DNA of 62,637 nucleotides, the filler included, from Sphacelaria rigidula (lineage: Eukaryota): NCBI GenBank assembly GCA_964200075.2. It is 11 parts of 11 records of this genome, joined end to end, with 100 filler letters (N's around TTAATTAATTAA, not from the genome) between each part and the next. Parts side by side here need not be neighbours in the genome. Positions count along the whole stretch, not along the records: positions 34,223 to 39,825 come from CAXNAA020025949.1; positions 39,926 to 45,528 come from CAXNAA020025950.1; positions 45,629 to 51,231 come from CAXNAA020025951.1; 8 more parts are not named here. The stretch is one strand, 5' to 3'. Below are positions 34,123 through 45,821 of this stretch, piece by piece. The translations under genes and the position numbers were made by a program. The notes under the pieces were generated by a model that saw only the letters and a program-made list of their open reading frames with translations, was not told where the DNA came from and made no database searches. Position 1 is the stretch's first letter, and every line of letters begins with the position of its first letter.

Positions 34123-34956
34123 NNNNNNNNNNNNNNNNNNNNNNNNNNNNNNNNNNNNNNNNNNNNTTAATTAATTAANNNNNNNNNNNNNNNNNNNNNN
34201 NNNNNNNNNNNNNNNNNNNNNNGTTTTCCATCAACGGTTCCAAAAGGGTTAAGCTCTAAAAGCAGCAACTCATCGACACAGACAAGTTGGGCAGTGATCC
34301 ACATATTGTATTAATCGTCTAACCAAGGGTAAGGTGCCCATCTGCTCAATAATTTGGGTCCATATTTTCTCGTTGATTAAACCCCAGGTCTGATTATTCC
34401 TATACCTAACGGAGATGGCGTCCATACTAAAATCTTTCTGAAACCCCCGATCGATGCATTCAGCGGATGACGACGAACTTTGGTGTGGACATTCTCTGGA
34501 GCAAGGGGAAATGATAGATACCCTCACCTTCACCTACTTCGTTTTTCATCTCGATTTATTTATCTTCACTTCTTTGTGTTTTTAGTGGAGTTTTAAGGAG
34601 AAATGAACATTGCTCTTAGCCCTTCTCTTAATGCTTTAGCTCAATTTTTAGCAATGCAATTTGAAAGGTAGCATGGGGAACCACAAAAGTGTGCCAAATG
34701 AAAAAAAAATGGCCTTCATTTTGTAATTTTTTCGTAGAGGTTAGGGCGTTTTGGTGAAGATATGGTCTTTACCATACTAGGACGCCCTAAAAAACAGTGA
34801 AAAAAATGATAGAAAAAAACGGCCCCACTGAGTGTTGTTAATTATGCCTTAGAGAGCGCCCACACAAAATTTCAATACACGAAAACCAAACGTGGGCCGG
34901 TGAGTGGCCTTCGAAATACTGTTCCGAATTTCTACCGATCCGGTTCTCAAGGGGCG

Positions 34957-35207
34957 TTTGCTTACCCCAATATTTAGAGTTGGAGCGTTAACTTTTGGTA
35001 TGGACAATGCATGGGGCATTAAAAAAATTACGTCGGTACCATATATTTTTTTTCTTCATGAGTTAAGGGCATTAATCAGTTTTCAGGTATCAGTGAAATG
35101 CCTAACTCATGTAATTTTTTTTCGGTACCGACGTAATTTTTTTCAATGCCTCATGCATTATCCATACCAAATTTGACGCTCCAACTCTAAATATTGGGGT
35201 GGGCAAA
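34957..35207. mobile_element. Foldback inverted repeat (~115-bp arms), core of a MITE-like element
   Basis: Arms 34957-35073 and 35097-35207 share CCCCAATATTTAGAGTTGGAGCGT and TTACGTCGGTACC in inverted orientation. Confidence 0.85.
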
Positions 35208-35500
35208 CCCATGTAAACTTCAGATCCGCCTCTAGGCTGACCCAGCTCGTAAAAAATGAACGTTTTTCCTGGAGTATTTTGACAAAAATGTGGCACAGTG
35301 CTGCATGATGATGATGGTAGTCCCGTGCACAAGGGCACGACAGGATCACATCTGCATCCACAGGAAGTTTGCAGGCAAGAGTGTTCTTTTTCCTACACCT
35401 ACAAGTGATACATCACCCCACTGGCGTAGCCGTGACTGCCTGCTATAATTACAATGGTGTATTTTGTCATTTGCCTCTCCTAAACCTGGAACGGGTCGCC

Positions 35501-35538
<38 letters not shown>

Positions 35539-35604
35539 ACCCCCTTTTGGGGATTTCATTATCGTCGGGGGAATGATGTCATGTACGCGCTCGCTTTACT
35601 TTAG

Positions 35605-35751
35605 GGAGGTGGATTGCTTTTAGGGGTTGTGCGAGCTGCTTTTGTGAGGGGCGAAGAGTCGAAGCGATTACGGCGTAACCTCGGCAAGGCCGACGGCGAA
35701 AACGTGAAGTTAAAGGGCCTGCTGGACAAGGCCACCAACGACAAGCGGAGG
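35605..35751 (+). CDS. XRCC4: Exon of XRCC4-like DNA repair protein (coiled-coil stalk)
   Basis: TTTAG acceptor, AGG|GTGAGT donor, 147 nt, phase 0/0. Helical coiled-coil-like sequence leading into the next exon. Confidence 0.6.
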
Positions 35752-36304
35752 GTGAGTGCTGGTAGTCGATGGTTCATCTCACTTGCTGTGTTTTTGAAAA
35801 TGACAGCACGTAGTACCATGCAGGTGCATCAAAGTTCAAATTTCTCGGGTACCTGGAGCACGTGCAAGGCCTTTGAGGTTCCATGGCGGACGGGACTACG
35901 TCGCTGTTTGTGGTCAAGTTCTTTCATCTCGACGCACCGAGTCGCTTTCTGGCATACACGTCAATACTGAGCCTATTTCGTGAGAACCCAAAGTGCAACA
36001 TACCGAATGTCGCTCTCGTTGTAGTTTCCTGAATTACTCCGGAGAGGTTGAAAGCATGTAATCGAGAACCCCCGTCACGACCGCTTTCCATGAGGATGCT
36101 CTTGTCCTTGATCCCCAGGAAAGGCCACGTTGTGTACGTGTTCATAATAGCTCCTTTCGCGTCTTTTTGTACACGTGACCAAGAGGTGGTGAATAGCTAG
36201 ACCCGAAAAGATCTTGCTCACACTTTTTTGTTGAGCTGCTACTGCTCTGCTTCGGTTCGTTCATGGTACGAATATTCTCTCTCGTGTTGACATGATGTCG
36301 GCAG

Positions 36305-36376
36305 GTGATCCACGGCATGATGGAAAAAGCCGCCCTCGTCGTCAACTCGAAGAAGGCGATGATCGCCACACTCCAG
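36305..36376 (+). CDS. XRCC4: Exon of XRCC4-like protein (VIHGMMEKAALVVNSKKAMIATLQ)
   Basis: GCAG acceptor, CAG|GTATAG donor, phase 0/0. LVVNSKKAMIATL matches the XRCC4 LVLNxKKxKIRxL ligase IV-binding segment. Confidence 0.65.
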
Positions 36377-37064
36377 GTATAGTACATGGATGTCGGTCGT
36401 GCGGGTAATGAATGCTGGCGTGCTGCTGGTTGCTAAATTATTGGAAAGTGTGTTCTTCGTCGCCGCTTTGATAAGTGACCACGGGCGGGTTTTGGACACG
36501 CACAGGCTCCTCCTCTACGTGGCGCATGCAAGTACTGGCGCAGCTGCTAGAGATATCTGAAGACCAAGTCGACGTATCCTCGTCTTTTTGCGGTGTATCA
36601 CGGGGACGCTGACGGTATCAATCTGTATGTACAAGCTCGAATGCTGGGAAATGTACTGCAGATATGCCCTTCCGAAGCCGGGAATTCGAAACCTGCCAAA
36701 CATGACACAAGCCCTCCCTTCTGTCGCGCGATATTCGCTGTTTTGCTGGGTGATTGGCGATCCGGATATCGTATAAAGAGGAGGTCGGTTGGACATAAGA
36801 CGAAGAAATAGCTATGGTGCAGCACCGTCTTTTGTTTCTCTTCCAAGCCATGGTCTAGTCCGCCCATATCGCACACCCTGTGCGTCCTTACCACCTCTCT
36901 ATCGGGGTTACTTGATTGTTTTTTTTATTGCACTATATATTTTTGGGGTGGTCTCGGAAGAACGATGCGAGCTAAATCTCTCATAAGGAATAGCAGGGAC
37001 GGTATTGGAAAGACAAGCCTACCCCTGTGACCACGGTTTCGAGAGATCGGGCTAATGTACGTGA

Positions 37065-37330
37065 ATAATAACAACAACAAGAAGAATAACAATAATAAAA
37101 ATATTAATAATAACGATAATAATGACAATAATGATAATAATGATATGATAAGGGTAATAACAATAATAATAATGGCGATGATAATAATAATAATGATGAT
37201 GATAATGATGATGATGATGACAAAAAGAACTGATCTCCGAGGGATCCAGCCGTAATCACGAGGTAGATGTGCCTAAGGTTAAACAAAACAGAGAACACTC
37301 GCTGAAGGAAACTCGACAGAAAGACACGAG
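37065..37330 (-). mobile_element. LINE/SINE-like 3' end with expanded (AAT/GAT)n microsatellite
   Basis: About 155 bp of trinucleotide repeat abutting GGGATCCAGCCGTAATC, the motif also seen near 1745 and 61870. Confidence 0.55.
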
Positions 37331-37706
37331 GCAAATGAAATATATTCGAAGAAAAACAGTAAATACTTATCCGCTTTGGTACGAACCCAGTCGTGGTTGA
37401 TCAACATCTGGACGTACGGTGCCCAAGGTAAGATAAACATGAAAACATGCGCTGAGGGGAAACTCGAGTTGAGGAAGCCAAGGTAGCCCCCTTGTGCGCG
37501 AGATACAATGCGGAATAGTATTCCCGGCTGGTAGTGCAATGCCGGTAGCCCCGACGCTACAGCTGCTGAGCAGCTCCTTTCTGTTTCGCGAGGACCAATC
37601 CCGAATAGCATCATGTAATAGGCTATGTGTACAGTATCTCGTCGTTCCCAACACCCTATTCAGACATACTGAAGTACTGTTCCACCAAGGCAGTAGTTTT
37701 CAAGTA

Positions 37707-38874
37707 CACTAGAGGTGCCTGTATAGTGCGGGTCATACAGTGCGGGTGAAATCGCTTGGCACAGACAGAGCCTGCTATAGTGCGGGGTTGGACCCTCCTC
37801 AGACCACTATCGTGCGGGTGCCCACGCTGGAAATGAGATTAAACCACACATAATCTCAACACATTTATACACATACTTCCTCCGTCCCATAAGTCTTGGC
37901 AGTTTGCATGAGCCCTTAACGATGTCCGATTTGATTTTCGATTGTTTGGTTGTATTCGTTGGCGTTTTTTGAGCTAAACACAATACTCATTCTGCAACGT
38001 GGGTGCTTGACCCGTGCGGCCTCGCGAGAAAAAGTCGGTCGGTCAAGATATGGTCATTTTTTGCTTTTGTCCCCGGTAAAGCATAGCAGGCCCGGGAATC
38101 GCGAAAAATCATGAAAAAATTGTGAAAACCGCAAAGCCACCACTGAGTTAGTTGGATATCTCCGCGACGGTAACCTACGCACGCCCCGTCTAACAATTGT
38201 TTAGCATGTAATCGCTAGTGCTCGACGAAAAAACGTCCAAAATCAGTCAACGTTGGGGTATAAGTTGACCAAAAAGGGCCAAAATGGGGTGTATTTTGAC
38301 CTAATTTTAATACTGAAAACAGTTTTTTTTTTCTCATCTTTTTTAGAGTCAGCCTTGTCTGAGCGTTATCTCTCTTAGGAACCCAACTGTAGGATGATCG
38401 TCAGCGTTGAAATACCCAAACGATCAAACGTTCATAACTGCACAGACTTATGGGACAGGGGAGGAAGTATTCCTACAATACACAAAACGAACAGCAGCAC
38501 CCCGACATACCACTACCGCCTACGAGAGAAAGAGAGAGGAGTAGAGGTACGCAATACCCTGTGCAGCATCCGCAACGGTCATACGCACAGGAGTAAATGA
38601 CCTCATCTACCTGTCACATGCACCTTCACTGCTCACCGACGAAGAGACACTGTTCATCAACGTGCACTGTTGCCCCATCACCCATACCGCTGTTTTGGGG
38701 GCGAAAGAGCCCCGCATCATCCACCCTGAACTCGCCAAAAACGCGAAGAGTGTGGAGCCCGCAGTATTCACGCCTATAACTACATAGTGCGGGTGCCCGG
38801 TTTAGGGCGGGTGTCCGGCTTACTGCGGGTAAAGTCGCCTGCCCCATACCCGCACTATACAGGGACCTCTACAG
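37707..38874. mobile_element. TA-flanked Tc1/mariner/pogo-type non-autonomous element containing a nested MITE
   Basis: TIRs CACTAGAGGTGCCTGTATAGTGCGGGT / ACCCGCACTATACAGGGACCTCTACAG, TA on both sides, multiple subterminal AGTGCGGG motifs. Confidence 0.8.
37876..38467. mobile_element. Stowaway-like MITE, 592 bp, TA TSD
   Basis: TA|CTTCCTCCGTCCCATAAGTCT ... AGACTTATGGGACAGGGGAGGAAG|TA. Confidence 0.9.
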
Positions 38875-39758
38875 TAGTTGTATTTGTCCCTTTATTGCCC
38901 ATCTGAGGAAGGAGTTTGACACCCAAGGCCGGAACAATGAAGGGCGGAATCGAACAGAATGAACAGGCATGGGCGCGAGGCTAGTAAGTAGCACCGCTTC
39001 TGAGAACCCCCCCCCTCTGAACAGGCCCCTGTCGGGGTTTCAGGTGAAGAGGCGGTACAAAACGCAAGGGAGTGGAAACAGGTTGCCACTCAGCCATGTG
39101 TACAGCAATTGCATAATGGGGGCATTACAAGGCAAGCTTTTTCAGCCGCCAAGTCAGCCGGAAGGATACACAAGCTTTGATACGGCAGACTTGAACAAGA
39201 ACAAAACAAGAGGAAGGGTAAAAAGAAAGTGACAAAACGATGGCGAAAAATATGAAAGAACAACACAAGTACTGGAACAGACATGAGGCACAAAGTCGTT
39301 GAGGTATTTTGTGGAGGACAATGTGGGATAGAGCGGTTTGGCCTTTTCTTGCCGGCTGCTTTGTTCTTAGTTTCGTTTAATTATTTTTCATCGGGACTGC
39401 GTTTCCTTTTTTTTCTTCCTTTCCCTTCCTTTCGTTTTCCGCTTTATTTTTGCTTTTGTTGTATTGGCTCTGTTTTCTCTTCCCCGTTCAATTCACTCGG
39501 TTCGTTCTCTTGTTTAGTTCTCCCCATTGCTCTCTTCCTTGGGTGTGTATTTCCTTTTCGTTTCACTTTCGGTGTGTCTGTTTTGTGATATCGATTTGAT
39601 CCCTTTGCGGAGGATCTATCAGCAGATGTGCGACAATCAATCAATTGGGTCAAAGGTATCGCTTCGTCATGCTCGAGGACGCACCGCCGATGCTCTAGCA
39701 AATAAGGCACGCCAAGCATGAGCACATGCCCCACATACCCCCCCCCTCTCCCCTCTCG

Positions 39759-39824
39759 GTGCTCCGTCTCGAAAGGGATGCGTGGTCAATGGTCAAACGA
39801 CTAAGGCAAGCAACAAATGAGTAC
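39759..39824 (+). mobile_element. Structured dispersed element, subfamily B (cleanest copy)
   Basis: GTGCTC CGTCTC GAAA GGGATG CGTGGTCAA TGGTC AAAC GACTA AGGCAAGCAACAAAT GAGTAC, at the contig end. Confidence 0.9.
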
Positions 39825-39925
39825 GNNNNNNNNNNNNNNNNNNNNNNNNNNNNNNNNNNNNNNNNNNNNTTAATTAATTAANNNNNNNNNNNNNNNNNNN
39901 NNNNNNNNNNNNNNNNNNNNNNNNN

Positions 39926-39992
39926 GGGAATCGAACCCTCTCACTCAACCATCAGAAGGTTACGAGGTTACCAACTGAGCCACCGGGGCGCC
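39926..39992 (-). mobile_element. tRNA-derived SINE head (contig breaks inside it)
   Basis: Reverse strand has A box TGGCTCAGTTGG and B box GGTTCGATTCC. Confidence 0.85.
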
Positions 39993-40746
39993 TGTACATA
40001 CTGAAAATAGGGGAAAATTGACGTGGAAGATGTCGATCTGGACCGAGAGAACCAGACCGTGCCCAAGCGACTGACAAGATGGGATTCCTTCCACTCATGT
40101 CATGACCCTGACCCCATGGGGCCCATGACAAATTACTCTCTGATCCCGCAGTCATAGCTGTATGTAGGACATGCAGCGCGTAGCCAATCTGCACAGCATG
40201 GACCTCTTGATCGTCAACATCATCAGCATCGTTCTCAGTAGTTTTTGGATGCGCGACGCTGCTGCTCATGATCTCCAAATTTCCGTACTTTCTCGTTCTA
40301 GAACCATGTCAAGCACGCCTTTCACTGCAGTTACGTTGGTGTGTAGCGGCCACAATAGCTGCTGTTCGTGCTCTTGTTGTGTTATCTTCGCAATGGAAGT
40401 AAACGTGGGGTGGCAGCTCGAGGGCGTGTACTTCCCGGCTGGTACAGACAGAAGCATGACACTAGCTAGTGCAACAAGATTGTCCATCTACTGATGTGGA
40501 ACGAGCTTTCCGGAGGAACAAAATCACCTCACCGACCACTCCAAGGCTTGAATAAATGTACTAGAAATATAGCTCATTTCTGATGAGCCAAATCGTCACT
40601 TGTAGGTAACGCGTGCATTTTCCATCGATATGATTCGTTGGATTACGGACCACTTCTGACGCATGAGGCGTTCAGCTTGCACTTTCCATGAATATAATAC
40701 CCAAAATTGGCCCCCATTCCTACCCATAACTGTGCCAATGTGACAT

Positions 40747-42490
40747 AGATCACCCACCCTGGGGGTCATTACATAGGTCCAGGCAAAGCCGAACTGAAGC
40801 GCACAGTACCATAGTACAAGGCTGCATAGTACAGTACAATGTTGTCTTCGTTCTCCTCCCCGTTGCGCTCGTTTCCTCTGTCCACGGGTATCGCGAAGGA
40901 TCAGAGTAAACCAAACCCTTCGAGGGCGTCACCTCCTCCTGCTGCCAGTTACAAAATCAAATCTTTTAGCCGCCACAGAGGGCCACCTCCGTGTTGTACT
41001 TCCTCTGTCCAATGAGTCTGTGCAGTTATGTTTGTATGAGCCCTTCACGATTTCCGATTTGACTTTCGTTTTTTGGTTGCATTCGTTGACGTTTTTCTAG
41101 CTGAAAACAATAGTTTTTCTGCAACGTGGGTGCTTGACCCGTGCAGCCTCGCAACCGCGAAAAGGTGGGTCAGTCAAAATATGACCATTTTTCGCTTTTT
41201 GTTTCCCAGTAAAGCATAGCAGACTCGAGAATCGCGAAAAATTGTGAAAAAAATGTGAAAACCGCGACACCACCACTGATTTAGATTTCTCCGTAACGTT
41301 AACCTAGGCACGCCCCATCTAACAAATTTTCAGCATGTAATCGCTGGTGCTTGACGTAAAAACGTCCAAAATCGGTCAACATTGGGATAAAAGTGGACCA
41401 GAAACGGCCAAAATGGGAAATATTTTTATCTAATTTTAGTTCTGAAAACGAGTTTTTGTTTCCCTTTTTTTTTTTGAGTCAGCTTTCTCTGTGAGTTTTC
41501 TCTTTCATGAACCCAACTGTAGCATGATCGTCAGCGTTGGATTACCCAAACGATCAAACATCCATGACTGCACAGACTTATGGGACAGAGGAAGTACATA
41601 TTTTTGAAATATCGCGCCCGTGCAACAGAAATGATCTGTACCCCGAGGAACGCTGTTGACAGTACAGATAGACAAAGCCGCGAAGTATATCTCACAGCAT
41701 AGTACAACGCAGTAGAGCGCAGTACAGTGCAATAGCGTTGTCCTTTTCCAAGTGGCCAGTATTCCGATGCAACGTGACGCTTGCCCGTGTATTCCCGAGG
41801 TACAATCTCAAGTCACAGCTGACGGAGGCTGTGGAGACGGCACAGCGCACATGGTACCGATATGATTAACGCAACAGTGAAAGCGAAGAGCATAACTCAG
41901 TCACCGTGCTGCTGCTGCTGTTTCAGCACAATCCATGCTCGTCACCTTGGGGTTGCCTGTGCGGCTAGGTACACGAACGGCGGCGCTTTTCTCAACATGA
42001 TATGTGGGAGTGCGTTACAGATGGACGCATGCACGCGCCGAAACAAAGGTACTCCTACTCAGACCTCTCGTCCGACGTTTCTTCATCAGACACCCTGTCT
42101 TTTTGTTTTGGCATTTATTGAGGACGGGGCCTTGCTGGGAACACTCCGCCGAGGATTTTACTTTCTCCCGTCCGTTCTCGACGGTCATGTGTGCAATTCG
42201 AGTGCTGATTGTTGCGTTGGGTACTTCAGACCCGAACGCATCATATAGCCGTGGCCACTTCCGAAAACGTCCCGCAGTCAGCACCCTCATCCGGAAATCG
42301 TTGTTTTTACCGACTTTTCGGGGGTACGCGTTAAACGCACGAGGACACGGCCGCTGGGACAAGGTGGGTGTGGATGGTGAGCAAGAAAGAGTATGGAGGG
42401 TGTTAACAGGGAGGGCGTCGCCTGAATGCGCGACTTACCCGTGACGAGGTTGGACACTAAAACCATGTGTAGCCGGGCGGAGTATTCCAG
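40747..42490 (+). repeat. Second copy of the long unclassified repeat (cf. 18310-19760), interrupted by a MITE
   Basis: Colinear blocks on both sides of 40999-41594. Limits approximate. Confidence 0.7.
40999..41594. mobile_element. Stowaway-like MITE, 596 bp, TA TSD
   Basis: TA|CTTCCTCTGTCCAATGAGTCTGTGCAGT ... ACTGCACAGACTTATGGGACAGAGGAAG|TA. Confidence 0.92.
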
Positions 42491-43618
42491 GAAAAAAGGT
42501 AGAATATATTACTTGTCCGTGGTCGGTGTTGTGTCATCGAAGACCCTGGATCACTTCTTAAGGCCCGATGAGCACAGCTAAGGTAGTGTCTTATCGAAAT
42601 GTTCACGACTCGACCAAGTTCGAGCGGCGAAATTGATTTCGTTTGTTTTGCTGTGCTTGGGTCCGAGCGAATTTGCACGCGTTCGATAGAAAAAGTCAAG
42701 CGAAATTCGTGAACCGGTACTTGTTTGCTTGTATTTAGTACAGACAGGACAGACAGACAGTACAAACAGTACAGCGCTGCCTGACCTGTCTGCACGGTGG
42801 GTGTGTTTCGTACAGCATGCAGGCGCGAGGTGTAAAAAAAGCGGGCAACGTTACATAAAGAGAACAGAGCTGTCTGTACTCTCTGCATGCAGGAGGATGC
42901 GAAGAAGATGACCCGCATGCAGTCTTGTACTGCCTCCACTGTCCATCAGCGTATTCGTAATTCGGTCGCCCACCCCACCACGCCACTCCGTTGGTGGAAT
43001 TTACCATAAAAGTAGATACCCAAGTTTTCGTCACCAAAAGAGGAACACATTATGACAAGAGAGTGGTGGTGTTGGTACCCTGTCACTACACTGTATGTAT
43101 CCCTGTGCTCAGCTTGTGATCTATGCTGCAGAGTTGAGGTGGTATCTGCGAATGAACCGTGTGGGCTTTGCATAGTTCTGTGAAAGCGTGGAATCTGGCA
43201 TGGTTGTCTGCAACGTAGGAGTCATGTGTCCTTTCATGCGCTTCCGCCGGCACCGAGCTCGTGGATACCGGACGGTATAAAATAATTAAACTCAAATCAG
43301 ATATTTTTTCGTTGTTTTCTATGATTCTCGAACGCGTTGAACGGGGAATTTTTGTGTTGGTGGACACACGTGCGCGACTCGAGCCCGATGTACCGCGGAG
43401 AGGTCAACAAGATCGAATTGTTTGGGTCTTCGTTTGTCCAGGCCCCGTCTGGGCTACATTTCTCTCCGCTTTCTGGCTACAGCCCCGAACAGAACAATAA
43501 ATTCAAGTATGTTTCCACAAGCACCGTGTCATCATGAAACCAGCTCACGGTATAACTTTGAAAGGGGGCGGTGCTCTATCACACGGGGTCGCATATGCAA
43601 GGGATAAACACTTTTGCG

Positions 43619-44116
43619 TTAGCTGTCTGATATCCCGTGTTTAAAGTACTCGATCGTCTTCGCCATTGCATCTCTCGATACGTTCTGGCGCGGTACCAAT
43701 TGTATCTTTACCACAAGATGCGCCAACCCTGGCCAGACGTTGGGCATCGCGTGAATACTGTCGGTACGGCACCGATTCACACGAGACACACAGAAGAAAA
43801 GCACGACGGCCAGCAATAGGGAGCCAGCAGGATTGACTGATGTCGATATAGTCCTCTTCTCGAGGTTGTGCCGTCCGGGCAACGTGAAACATCACACAGC
43901 GATGACGATATAGCACTGCATTATCTCACGCCAAGTGCACCAGTTCGTGCAGGATACAGGAGCAAGCTAAGCGTAAATGGAGAATGCAACGCCAACCCCG
44001 GCCACCGCAAAACATACCGCAGGCATCATGACGCTCATAGCGAACGTTGGGTACAGCAACCCGTATACAGAAAGACAAACCACCCCTTCTGAGGCCGTTT
44101 TTGTCCTGGATACCAT
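43619..44116 (-). pseudogene. Candidate intronless pseudogene of a small multi-pass membrane protein (166 codons, 2 internal stops)
   Basis: Single frame MVSRTKTASEGVVCLSVYGLLYPTFAMSVMMPAVCFAVAGVGVAFSIYA*...YIVIAV*...GSLLLAVVLFFCVS...IEYFKHGISDS* with several hydrophobic segments. Confidence 0.4.
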
Positions 44117-44485
44117 CTCTCTGCAGCACGGTCCTATACTGAGGCTACGGGGACCAGAAGGTCAGTGAACGCAAGTGTGACGGAGTCCATACAAAAATCA
44201 AGAGTTATATAATGCGTTATAATGTAGAGGGACTGCGAACAGTTGAAATTATTTTACTTGAAATCAGTGCATGCGTTATATAATTTGATCCGTACCTATG
44301 GACCCACCCCCTTTCCGCCCCTGGCTATACTAGGAGATAAATAGTGGCCAGAGGCGGCGAAACAGGACGGCGACAAGATATATGAAATGTTTTTCGTGTA
44401 ATGTATGGAAGAGACGTAATAAGCTATGGAAGAAACGTGAATGAGCGCCGGAATGTTGAGGGCGTCTCTACTAGGAGTAGGAACG

Positions 44486-44551
44486 GTGCTCCGTCTCGGA
44501 AGGGATGCGTGGTCAAAAGTCAAACAACTAAGGCAAGCAACAAATGATTAC
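44486..44551 (+). mobile_element. Structured dispersed element, subfamily B copy
   Basis: Same sequence with a GGAA loop, followed by GCCCCCTCCC. Confidence 0.85.
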
Positions 44552-45652
44552 GCCCCCTCCCTCGTTTCCACCGCGTGTTTTCTCTACGCTCTTCTTTTTT
44601 CACCCTGCCCGTCGCGCGCAAAAACTTCAAAAATGGATTTGTAGCCATCTGAGAACATAAATGCCGTGGACATATCGCACACGAGCTTATTACGACCACT
44701 TTGATTCGACCGCATGTTTTCGAGTCGATTTTTTTCTTAAACACACGGCAAAACTGTGCATCAGTGTTGAATATCGAATTAAAAAAAAAGTTCGATACGA
44801 TATTTTCAACGTATCGACCTCAAGACGTCGATACCGATATCTTCTTCGATACGCGGAAAACGACCCGATACGGCTTTTTTGGTGGGGACACAGCTTGCAA
44901 GACCTTACGGTACTACACTCACACTAGCAACCTAACCCGAAGTGGGTGTACGCCTGATTGTATGAAGGTACAGCAGCACCAGTATGTGATTTGAGATTTG
45001 TTATCTGACATTATGGAAGTGGAGGCACAGCACGCGGCGTGATGCTTCGGTTTGACAAAAATGGTTCATCGTGCAAGGGTGTGGTCGGTGTGGTTCGCAG
45101 CAAGTGGCTGTGTGGTGTGTGGTGTGTGGTGTGTGTGCAAGGGGCCTTACAGACTGGAATACGTTATTCACCGCCCCCAATNNNNNNNNNNGGGGGTGGG
45201 TGGGGGGGGGGGAGGGCGTGCGAAAACGGAAAAGTTGTCCCCCCCCCCCCCACCGCCCAAACACCCTTTTGGGGGGGGGGGGGGGGGGGGGGGGGGTAGC
45301 CCATTTTGGAGGGGTAGGTACCCCTCCCTCGATCAGATGGATAATGGCGATAGTGGGTTCTGTACTGTGCAAGACGTGGATGAACGGCTTTTCTCGGCTT
45401 GTGCCAGCCCTGTGTACAAGCTGTGTATGCTATGGCTGCACAGCAGGTGGTAGAGGTACGTCGAGCCTTGGCTGAGCACCGTCTGTATTTTCTGTGTCTG
45501 TGTCTGTGTTGTCGTCCCATCTGTTCTGNNNNNNNNNNNNNNNNNNNNNNNNNNNNNNNNNNNNNNNNNNNNTTAATTAATTAANNNNNNNNNNNNNNNN
45601 NNNNNNNNNNNNNNNNNNNNNNNNNNNNGTGTCTGTAACAAGAGGACGAACG

Positions 45653-45719
45653 GCGCCCCGGATGAAAAGGGATGCGAGGTCAATGGTCTTATGACTATGG
45701 CATGCATGATCATGAGTAC
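45653..45719 (+). mobile_element. Structured dispersed element, intermediate copy (short first loop, subfamily A 3' half)
   Basis: ...AAAAGGGATGCGAGGTCAATGGTCTTATGACTATGGCATGCATGATCATGAGTAC-ACCC. Confidence 0.8.
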
Positions 45720-45821
45720 ACCCATCGTTGCCTTCCTCCTCACAATTCGCGTGCCAATACTGTAGGGTGGAGAGAATAAGGGTTGGATTCCCGATGCGTT
45801 CGGACAACGCATGAGTTAACT

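Noticed and set aside
43388..43506. Possible exon MYRGEVNKIELFGSSF... with GTATGT donor
   Set aside because: No usable acceptor or partner exon and no recognisable family, so left uncalled.
45182..45191. 10-N gaps (also 61002-61011) beside long G/C runs
   Set aside because: Scaffolding gaps at homopolymers. Run lengths there are unreliable.
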